Shown: positions 8,318 to 16,800 of the stretch, one piece after another
How the letters are laid out: each line of letters begins with the position of its first letter
Numbering within the stretch: the stretch's first letter is position 1
From: an uncultured Gammaproteobacteria bacterium
Lineage (GTDB): Bacteria > Patescibacteriota > Patescibacteriia > UBA1558 > 2-01-FULL-52-15
Assembly: GCA_964402565.1 (NCBI GenBank)
Contig: CAYOCJ010000001.1
Location: forward strand, 568,823 to 632,822
Reading direction: 5' to 3'
DNA: 64,000 bases
Made by a program: the position numbers and the translations under genes
Notes under the pieces: generated by a model
The model's input: only the letters and a program-made list of their open reading frames with translations
What the model was told of the DNA's origin: nothing
Databases searched by the model: none

Positions 8318-9814
8318 CTACTTAATGTGAAAAATTTTGAGCTTGGTCAGCGCCTTTTCTGCAAGATGCAAACGATCCTTGCTTTCCGCATAGAGCGTAA
8401 ACAATCGCTCTCCTTTTTTAACATGCGTGCCATATTCTTTATTTAAATACAGTCCCGCTAATTTGACCGAGGGTGCGCCAAGAATGCGGCAGACATAATT
8501 AATGCCTTTATTATCAGTAAAGATTATTTTGCCGCTCTTGGGGGCTGTATAGTACTTCTTGTGAGCGCCAAGCGTGATGTCTTCTGAATCAATATCAGGA
8601 TCTCCGCCTTGTTCCTTGATGATCTGCTGCATTTTTTTCCATGCTCTGCCGCTGTCCAGGACTTTCCAGGCAATAGTTGCACCCTGGCCTTTCTTGCAGT
8701 AGTTGATCATTTCAAGCAATTGACCTGCCAAGTGAACGGCTTTTGCGGCGAGGTCGCCAGGGCGATCTTTTTTCTGCTGCAGGACCCGCAACACATCTCG
8801 TGCTTCAAGGGCCGGACCAACGCCGAAGCCTACCGGATCAGAGGTTTTGATGATGCTCACAATGACCTTGATGCCGAAACGTTTGCCGATCGTGATGAAT
8901 TTCTCCTCCAGCATTCGCGCGGTCTTCATATCCGGAATCTTCGTCGTCGGTCCAACCGGCATATCAATAATCAGGTGGTTGACACCGGTAGCAACTTTCT
9001 TGGCCATGATCGAGACGATCATTTTGCTGTACGGCTCAAGCGACAATGGATAGCTTACTTTCAGTATCTTGTCATCCGCCGGCGCTAAACTCAATCCGCC
9101 ACCCCACACCAGGCATCCGTTGGTCTTCTTCACGATTCGTTTTATGTCCTGCACAGAGTGGCTCACGGGAGCAAGGACTTCCATAGTGTCGGCAGTTCCT
9201 GCTGGCGACGTTATCGCTCGAGATGATGTTTTCGGGATCTTGATGCCCAACGATGCAATGATAGGTATGACGACCATGGTCGTGCGATTGCCCGCAAGGC
9301 CTCCCACTGAATGCTTATCAACGACAAGACCCGGGAATTTCAAAGTGTCGCCGGTCTCAGCCATAGCCTTGGTCAGATAGTACAGCTCATCGTCCGTATA
9401 ATCATGCATGAAACCCGCAGCAACAAAATAGGTGATCTGCACTTTATTCAGCTGATCGGTGACTATGTCTGAAATAATGGAGTAGATCTCTTTATAGTTA
9501 AGCCTTTTGCCCAGCAAACGTTTCTTGATAGCCTGGACCGAACGCGCTGTCTCCTGAAAATTTACCTCGGCAATGGCATTATCTTTGATCTTGGTATTAT
9601 TCTCCCAAATGTCCTTGTAGATGCCGATGTGACCCGGCCGTACGCGCTCCTTGCTCGTATTGGCCGAAGCGATAAAGGTCGCACCATTGATAACTACTTT
9701 CAGCGTATCTCCTGCGTGAATGCCATAATGCCACGCTTCTTTCTCATTCAACATAACGATCTTCATCGATCCGGTCTCGACATCAAGCTTTTTAACCTTT
9801 AAAAAATATGACAT
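8318..9814 (-). CDS. Thymidine/AMP phosphorylase family (archaeal-type DeoA-like AMP phosphorylase with N-terminal extension)
   Basis: 498 aa. HSVGGLAGNRTTMVVIPIIASLGIKIPKTSSRAITSPAGTADTMEVL matches the pyrimidine-nucleoside phosphorylase core. The N-terminal ~90 aa extension is typical of AMP phosphorylases. Confidence 0.75.
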   Translation of the reverse strand: MSYFLKVKKLDVETGSMKIVMLNEKEAWHYGIHAGDTLKVVINGATFIASANTSKERVRPGHIGIYKDIWENNTKIKDNAIAEVNFQETARSVQAIKKRLLGKRLNYKEIYSIISDIVTDQLNKVQITYFVAAGFMHDYTDDELYYLTKAMAETGDTLKFPGLVVDKHSVGGLAGNRTTMVVIPIIASLGIKIPKTSSRAITSPAGTADTMEVLAPVSHSVQDIKRIVKKTNGCLVWGGGLSLAPADDKILKVSYPLSLEPYSKMIVSIMAKKVATGVNHLIIDMPVGPTTKIPDMKTARMLEEKFITIGKRFGIKVIVSIIKTSDPVGFGVGPALEARDVLRVLQQKKDRPGDLAAKAVHLAGQLLEMINYCKKGQGATIAWKVLDSGRAWKKMQQIIKEQGGDPDIDSEDITLGAHKKYYTAPKSGKIIFTDNKGINYVCRILGAPSVKLAGLYLNKEYGTHVKKGERLFTLYAESKDRLHLAEKALTKLKIFHIK

Positions 9815-9830
9815 GCGTGCTCAATAATCA

Positions 9831-11711
9831 TTAATTAGTTTTAGAACTAAATGCATACAGGGCCGATACCTTGATCAGGCCGTCAGCATCAGTCGTATAC
9901 GCAAACGCCCGCGTCTGAAGCGTATCCGAGGGGTTGAGCTGGGTATAGGCGGCAAGCGCGTCCTTTTCAATCTGCATGAATTTCGCACGATCCGTGACGA
10001 TCAAACCAGTGTAATTCGCATTTATCCGCATGGTCACCGCAGCATCAGGCGTCGCATTCGGGCGTACTTCATAGGTGGCGATGGTCTTATCCATGAAAGA
10101 TGCCAGCAGGTAAGTCCCCGCTTTTTCCTGCTCTGAGACATAGACAGGGAAATTATCATTCCAGAGCTGCGCCGCTAAGTAGTCTGCAATTGCAGCATTC
10201 AAGGCATCTGGCGTCGGGTCTGCATGCGTTGGCGAACTATCGCTCAAGTGCTTTATGATAAGGTCTTTGGTAGCTCCATCAATAGAGATGACTTTGTCGA
10301 TCTGATATGTCTGGCGTTTGCCCGGAAGGCCGCCTTTTTGCACTGCTTCAGGCGATAAACCTACTGAAAAATTGAATGAAACATTATTAAGCACTTCTGT
10401 GGCCGTTATTGCCGGCGTTGTTGTGGCCACAGGACCAGGATTCACATCCAGAATGGGCGGCAAGTCCGGCGGAGGCGGTGCTGGTGTTGCATATTTCAGC
10501 CAAGCGAACCAACCAACGAGATTCAAGAGGATGAAAAAAACAACCGCCAGTGCAATAGTACGCTTCTTATCTCTGCTCATCGGCCTTGCCTGCCCATTCT
10601 CCTCTTGCGCTGCACTCGTTGGAATTTTCTTTATATCAGGAATCCAGTCGTTTTCTTTATGCTTCAAAAAGTTAATGGCATCGCTGCGGTCGCCAAGCGC
10701 GATGCGTGCTAGTCCCAACACATTCAAAAAAGTCGGCGCATACCATTCTTGCGTATCAATTTTAAAGAGTGGCGATGGTGCAGCGACGGTCGTCGGCAGA
10801 CCCAAATTCGATGAAAAGTAATCATCGATCCCTGCGAGAGACGCGGTACCCCCGGCAAGAAGAACTCTGTTCACGGCAGTGCCCGTTTTTCGTTCATAGA
10901 ACTTGATGAAGACCAGTAATTCGTCTTTGAGAGGCTGTACTTGGCCCTGAATGATGAGCATTTCGGCACCGTCGCCAGAGCCGTTCGCTGAACGCAAACC
11001 GCTGGCCATTTTTCTCTGTTCCGCTTCATTCTGGCTGATCTTCAACTTTTCTGCGAGCGCTGAGGTGATATTATTGCCGGCAATATTGATATTGATCGAT
11101 TCCTGCAATGCCCCTGTTCTAAAAATTGACGCTATCGTTGTCCGTGCACCGATATCAAGCAAAAGGACTGTCTCATCAACGCGTTCATCAATGGTCGCCA
11201 TCGCCAGCGCAAGGGATTCGAGCGTTACCAGCGAAACCTTCATTGATAACCCCTGAAATAACGTTACATATTCTTGAAGCAGCGGTGCATTCGTCGCAAC
11301 GAACAGATATTCTTTTGTATCACCAAGCGTCCGCAGCATACTAAAATCCGCAGCGATTTGTTTCGCGTCGAGCGGCATAGTCTGGACCGCTTGCGAGAAC
11401 AGAGCGGATGGAATTTGCTTCGCCGGCAGTTTCGCACCGATCGAAAGCGTTTCTACGTATACGCGCGACTCGGGCAACGTTATCACTACCTCATGGGCCG
11501 AGATCGGCGTTGGCTGGGCTTGCGCCAAAAGCTGCTTCACGGCTGCGCGAAGCTTATCCTGATCTATGATCTTTCCATCCTCAATGATGCCGCTTTCAAG
11601 TACTATCCTCGACTGGCTTTTGATCCGCAGGCTGCCTTTTTCTCTCAATAATTCAAGAGCCTCAATGGAAAAATCAGAAATATTTATTGCACAGGTCTTT
11701 CGTTCTAACAT
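9831..11711 (-). CDS. pilM: Type IV pilus assembly protein PilM (actin-like ATPase) fused to a PilN-like bitopic C-terminal region
   Basis: 626 aa. PilM-like DIGARTTIASIF and LLAGGTASLAGIDDYFSSNLGLPT, then a TM helix (IALAVVFFILLNLVGWFAWL) and a ~230 aa extracytoplasmic tail. Confidence 0.65.
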   Translation of the reverse strand: MLERKTCAINISDFSIEALELLREKGSLRIKSQSRIVLESGIIEDGKIIDQDKLRAAVKQLLAQAQPTPISAHEVVITLPESRVYVETLSIGAKLPAKQIPSALFSQAVQTMPLDAKQIAADFSMLRTLGDTKEYLFVATNAPLLQEYVTLFQGLSMKVSLVTLESLALAMATIDERVDETVLLLDIGARTTIASIFRTGALQESININIAGNNITSALAEKLKISQNEAEQRKMASGLRSANGSGDGAEMLIIQGQVQPLKDELLVFIKFYERKTGTAVNRVLLAGGTASLAGIDDYFSSNLGLPTTVAAPSPLFKIDTQEWYAPTFLNVLGLARIALGDRSDAINFLKHKENDWIPDIKKIPTSAAQEENGQARPMSRDKKRTIALAVVFFILLNLVGWFAWLKYATPAPPPPDLPPILDVNPGPVATTTPAITATEVLNNVSFNFSVGLSPEAVQKGGLPGKRQTYQIDKVISIDGATKDLIIKHLSDSSPTHADPTPDALNAAIADYLAAQLWNDNFPVYVSEQEKAGTYLLASFMDKTIATYEVRPNATPDAAVTMRINANYTGLIVTDRAKFMQIEKDALAAYTQLNPSDTLQTRAFAYTTDADGLIKVSALYAFSSKTN

Positions 11712-12143
11712 CTAATCAAGTATATCTTTATAATCGATAATGGTAAATGGGTTCGTCGCGATATTCACGTTCGTATTGGTCCTTCCGACCATGCTTCCGC
11801 CCAAAGCACTGGTAGTTGTAGCACTTGCATTGATCGTGCGGGTATTGCCGGAGCCGGCGATAATTGCCGTGCAATGCGTATTCGTGTCACCTGAGTTGAC
11901 ATTCAGGCTGACAGCGCCCGATACTGTATTATCCCTTCTGAGGCGCGCTAAAGCATTATTGACGCACGAGGACGTTAGATTTCCGACCTTGCTCGCTGAT
12001 AAGCGTGAATCACTTGCTATGGCCTCATCAGCATTCATGAGCGCGATAGAAAGGCCATAAATCAAAATGAACGACGTGATGATCATGACTGAGATCAGCG
12101 CTATAATACCCCGATTCGCATGAGATGCACGAGTCGTGCTCAT
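11712..12143 (-). CDS. Small N-terminally anchored protein, possibly a non-canonical minor pilin-like component (lacks the G-F-T-L-I-E motif)
   Basis: 143 aa. N-terminal hydrophobic helix NRGIIALISVMIITSFILIYGLSIAL, a Thr/Ser/Asn-rich tail, and ATGA-coupled to neighbours inside the pilus operon. Confidence 0.35.
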   Translation of the reverse strand: MSTTRASHANRGIIALISVMIITSFILIYGLSIALMNADEAIASDSRLSASKVGNLTSSCVNNALARLRRDNTVSGAVSLNVNSGDTNTHCTAIIAGSGNTRTINASATTTSALGGSMVGRTNTNVNIATNPFTIIDYKDILD

Positions 12144-13873
12144 GGGCTTTTCCTGAATGCTGAAGTACTGCTTGTCGTGTAGGTTGCTAAGTTAAAATTT
12201 GAAGGCAATGCCTGGCTGTCATAGCCCACATTAATAGTCGTTTCTATAGCCTGCCTGGAACCGACGGTCGTAGTAGCAAATACTAGCCCTCCGGACAATA
12301 CGCGCGCCCGTGACCGATCGACCAAATCAAATGTTTCAGTGTGGGAGCTTAATGGCGGAACATCGCAAGACGAGTTTCTTCCCGCACTCGGATAATTCTG
12401 ATAGCACACTAATTGAACCCCGTATTGGTATGGCACGAGGGCGCCGCTCGTTCTCAAGCGTTTCTGAGTCCCGCTTGAATCAGATCCTGAATATATATAC
12501 TCGCCGTCGAGCACCATGCCTCTGACATCATCGGTGTCAAGAAGTGTGCCTATAATCATCCCAATACCGCTATCGCTAAACGGTCCATCGGCGGCACATG
12601 GAGCTCCATCTCCGGTACACGGCGCCAGGTCAGAAAGCTGCCGTTTTTCTATAAGCAACTCATTTACGTTTCCAAAAAACTCACCTCCGGTGAACATGTA
12701 ATTGCTGTCAATGACCATCGACCACGGAAGAGCTGCGCCTATTACTGAATAGTCTGTCAAAACAGTAGAGCCATCGGTCAATGACACTTTCGCGACATAC
12801 CAATCGTAGTATGAATCATACCCTGCCGCATAAATATAGGATGAATTAACGGCGATTGCGGTACCAGCGCTTGAGAAGGTATCGTATACCTCGCCATAGA
12901 CCGATCCGAACCCGCCGACAACATCGCCGGTTGAAAGTGTCCGTTTGACTATAACTGATCCGTCATGGTTCACGCCGGGAAAACCGCCAGTGTGGTAATA
13001 ATAATCTCCGATAAGGTACATATACGTCGAGTCAATATCAATGCCCCACAAATATCGAAAAGAATTCCCCGTGAGCGAAAGGACTCCGCCGTGTACAAAA
13101 TTCGGATCATATGCACCGCTAATTTTACTTCTTTTTTCTATGCGCCAATCATTCCCGTCATCACCCGCGATATACAGATAGTCCGAGTCCGTTTTCATAC
13201 TATGGATCGTGGCGCCGCCAGTGCTCTCGACGTATCCGTCAGAGTCGAAGCCAGTATCCAGAGTTCCGGTTGCGGCATCTCTCTTTTCAATGGCGAAGTA
13301 GAGCACGCCCTGTCCGCCGATATACAAATTACCGCTGTCATACACCAAACTTCGAATGCTAACAGCACTGGTAAGTGTTCCGAGGGTGCCGAAATGCTTT
13401 TCAAGCGACAGGTCTGACTTTCTGCGCTTCGTAATCTGATTGCCATATGCCGTGTAAATATAGGTTCCATCCATGGCTATAGCTTGAGCGCCCGGCGTCT
13501 CTGAACCGGTGGTGCCCGCAGGCTTTATTGCAATTGCGTTCGTTTCATAATCCCCAGCACAGCCCGGAGGTAAAAATTTGAGTGATGATGTCGCGAAATA
13601 GAGATATAAGGTAGATGGGTCTGTATAACACTTATTACCGGAGCTGTCAGTGACAAAACCATCAGAATTCCTTACCAAAAAATTAACTAAGGACAACACA
13701 CGTGAAGCCGCGGCATGCATATCGCTGGTGATAGAAAAACGCAGCCGGGAGCCCTGTATAATAAAAGCGATATTGGAAAGCGCGACCAGAATGAAGGCCA
13801 GCACGCCAACGTAAATAATGAGCTCTACCAGCGAAAAACCCTTTTGGATCTTTTTTTTGAAAGGAAGCTTCAT
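12140..13873 (-). CDS. Type IV pilin-like protein with a class III (prepilin) signal, fused to a large beta-propeller-like repeat domain (PilY1-like tip-adhesin architecture)
   Basis: 577 aa. N-terminus KGFSLVELIIYVGVLAFILVAL is a prepilin cleavage/assembly motif. Recurrent Y-x-Y-x-x-G blades (YIYTAYGN, YLYIAGDD, YMYLIGDYY, YIYAAGYDSYYD, YMFTGGEF, YIYSGSDS). Confidence 0.6.
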   Translation of the reverse strand: MKLPFKKKIQKGFSLVELIIYVGVLAFILVALSNIAFIIQGSRLRFSITSDMHAAASRVLSLVNFLVRNSDGFVTDSSGNKCYTDPSTLYLYFATSSLKFLPPGCAGDYETNAIAIKPAGTTGSETPGAQAIAMDGTYIYTAYGNQITKRRKSDLSLEKHFGTLGTLTSAVSIRSLVYDSGNLYIGGQGVLYFAIEKRDAATGTLDTGFDSDGYVESTGGATIHSMKTDSDYLYIAGDDGNDWRIEKRSKISGAYDPNFVHGGVLSLTGNSFRYLWGIDIDSTYMYLIGDYYYHTGGFPGVNHDGSVIVKRTLSTGDVVGGFGSVYGEVYDTFSSAGTAIAVNSSYIYAAGYDSYYDWYVAKVSLTDGSTVLTDYSVIGAALPWSMVIDSNYMFTGGEFFGNVNELLIEKRQLSDLAPCTGDGAPCAADGPFSDSGIGMIIGTLLDTDDVRGMVLDGEYIYSGSDSSGTQKRLRTSGALVPYQYGVQLVCYQNYPSAGRNSSCDVPPLSSHTETFDLVDRSRARVLSGGLVFATTTVGSRQAIETTINVGYDSQALPSNFNLATYTTSSTSAFRKSP

Positions 13874-13876
13874 ACC

Positions 13877-16800
13877 TTATTCGAAATCAATCTGGACATC
13901 GTATAGCGTCGGCGTATCGAGATTCGAGGCGCAATTCGTAAGATCAGCCCGATACTGGAAGAAACGTTTCCCCTGTAACGTACTATCTCCTGAAAGATCT
14001 TGAGACACACTGCTCCCGCTTCCGGAATATGCAGTAGCAGATGCCCATGGCGTCGACGTAGAATAATCAGCAGTAGGTCCCGTATTAGTTCCGCGCACTT
14101 TCAAGGTAAGCGCACAGCCGGTCGGAATATTTTGAGACCAGGTTATCCTGAGCGCATTACGCTGGACGACGGCAGCATAGGTAGATACATCGATCGACTG
14201 GGATACCAGATACCCGGAACCTGCGTAATTCAGAACCACGGTGCCTGGCTGCGTGGTGAAGCTCCAGCTTGTGGTATCAGCTATTCCGGCATACGCGTTT
14301 GACGAGGCATCGAGAAATGCGTAGGCATCGATCTGTATATAATACTCTGTATTGCCAGCCAAAGTGACAGACGGGTCGATGGTTATCGTATTGGTACCGC
14401 TGCCAGTAACCTGGCTTAAGCCAGCGTCAATAGCCTCAACTGATGAATCATCTGATGTTTTTTTAATGTACACAAAATAACCTGCTTGAGCTGTAACAGC
14501 CTCGCTAAACGTAAGCACTAAATTCGTGGTTGCTGAAATACCAGTAGAGTTGTCTACCGGAGAGAGCGTATTCACCGTCGGAGCAGTATTGTCGACAACC
14601 GGTATCAATAGCGTCGCAGGCGTTGCCTGATCATTTGAAAAATCGTTGACCGTCAGGCGCAGACAATACGCCCCGCCATTTGCTGATGCAGCATCGGTCC
14701 CGCTTTTCCAGGCAAAATTTAAGGTATTTGCTCCGGATGCAGTCTTGATCTTCTTCGTAGAAGCCGTACCTATCTGGTAGCTATTGGAGTTATTCAGGTC
14801 GACGGTTCCATTGGTATCATAGTACGACGCCGTAATAGGACCTCCATTCAGCTGTTCCGGATCTGGCCCTGCAAGGGTAGCCTTGGTCCAAGATCCAGTA
14901 CATGAAGAGCCGCTTTGGTATTCAATTAATGCTTTTGACAAGTCGCCATTCGGATCATTCACGGTGATGTTAACGGGGATAATACCGGATGAATTAGACG
15001 GTGCCGACCCCCAGGTACCGGTAGGACGATTGTCGAAGGTGACACTGGTCTTACTAACCGTCGTAGCAGTGTTACCAGCTAAATCAGTTGCGTCGAATGC
15101 AAAAGTATAAATAGTGCCATTGACCAAGGTTGGTGCACTGGTACAACCAGAGCTCATATTAAAATTATTATGTCCTCCGGTATTCAGTGCAGCGCCTGTA
15201 AGCGTGCAGGTTTGATTGCTTGCTGCTGTACCGCCAGTGCGCGTCATGACGATCGTGCCACTTGCGATCGCTTCACTCAAGGTATAGCTCACATCTGATG
15301 ATGTGGTCACACTATCGATGGTCGAGCTGGAGTTCGGTAATACGCCCGATATAGTCGGCGATGTGGTGTCATAGGTCACACTGGTCCGTGAAACCTGTGT
15401 CGCCGTATTGCCTGCGGCATCAGTTGCATCAAAGTTAACTGTATAAATCGTGCCGTTGACTAGCGATTGCGCACTGGTACAGCCATTGGTCGTGTCGCTC
15501 AAATCAAGGTTATTATGTGCTCCGGAGTTCAAGGCAGTCCCCTTCAATGTACACGTGTGAGTAGTCCCATCAGTCGTACCACCAGTACGAGTAAAGACAA
15601 TGGTACCGCTCGTGATAGCCTCGCTTAAGGTATAACTGACATCAGATGAGCTCGTGATGCTGTTAATAGAGGTGCTCGATGCTGGCAATACTGATGAAAA
15701 TGCAGGCGCTGTAGTATCGTAGGTGACGCTTGTCGCAGATACTGTTGTTGCAGCATTTGCAGCGGCATCTGTGCCGTTAAATGCGAAGGTGTATACAGCG
15801 CCATCGACCAGCGTCTGCGCAATGCTGCAGCCATTGGTCGTATTCGTCATATCGAAGTTGTTATGCGCTCCGCTATTCAGCGCAGTACCGACCAAGGTAC
15901 AGGTATGCGGCGAAGATCCGTCTGATGTGCCCGATGTTCTGGTGACGGTGATGGTACCGCTTGCTATTGCTTCGCTTAAGGTATAGCTGACATCTGAAGA
16001 ACTTGAAATACTATTAATAGAGGTGCTTGATGCTGGCAAGGTCGAAGAAAAAACCGGAGCTGTTTTATCTGCAACAGTCGTAATCATAGGATAATGCGGA
16101 TAGCTATCGAGCGCAGTGCCTCCTGATTTTACTACTTTGAAACAATAATTTGTGCTTGCTGGCGTTCCATTATCGATCAAAGCATAGTCCCACATACCAT
16201 TGCCATTCAGTAGCATGGTATCGACGCTATCAGTGAAGTTATTCGCTTCTTCATAGGTTTGCTTATGTATCGTCTCTGATCCATGCGTCGGGTCGCTTGC
16301 ATTACTGGTAAGCGTAGCGCCATCGGCCGGAGAATTTGCAGTATTATAGGCAACGAGAGTCGAACTGGTGACATCAGTGTAGCTGGATGGTGTTCCTCCG
16401 GATGGTGACGCACAAGTGCCAGAGCCTTTATCCACGTACTGCAGTTTAAAATCCTGACCATTCTTGTACAACGGAGAGCTTGACGCGTGAACCAGTTCAC
16501 GCAGTCTGAACTGCTGGCCATTCGTGGTCAATGAGCCATTCGTATCCTGGGAAGCCAGCGCACTTCCCACGTCGGTCGAAGCAGCATTTGCAAAAAATCG
16601 AAACCCATCTTGAGCGTAGGTCTTCGCATGCCACGCTGCATACCGGTACGTCACGCCGCTCGAGTCTGTTTCAGTATTGTTGCCGACCGTAAAGCCATCG
16701 TTAGTGGTGGTCGTAATACGCGACGCGGCATTTGAAGTACCAGAAAAGTATTGTGTATTATCCGTTGCGATAGACCCGCTCCGGTGCACGCCTGAAACTG

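Noticed and set aside
8609-9380. Plus-strand ORFs (159, 68, 103 aa) within the AMP phosphorylase gene
   Set aside because: Antisense shadows of a well-supported CDS; Arg/Cys-rich translations typical of non-coding frames.
10318-11651. Plus-strand ORFs of 167, 101, 72 and 125 aa inside pilM-pilN
   Set aside because: Antisense to a motif-supported CDS; low-complexity translations.
15040-16080. Tandem direct repeats, considered as a possible CRISPR array
   Set aside because: Units are ~340 nt (and ~114 nt at 36090-36610), contiguous with no spacers, in-frame, and encode Ig-like / Cys-rich protein repeats. Nothing resembles 25-40-nt CRISPR repeats with unique spacers.
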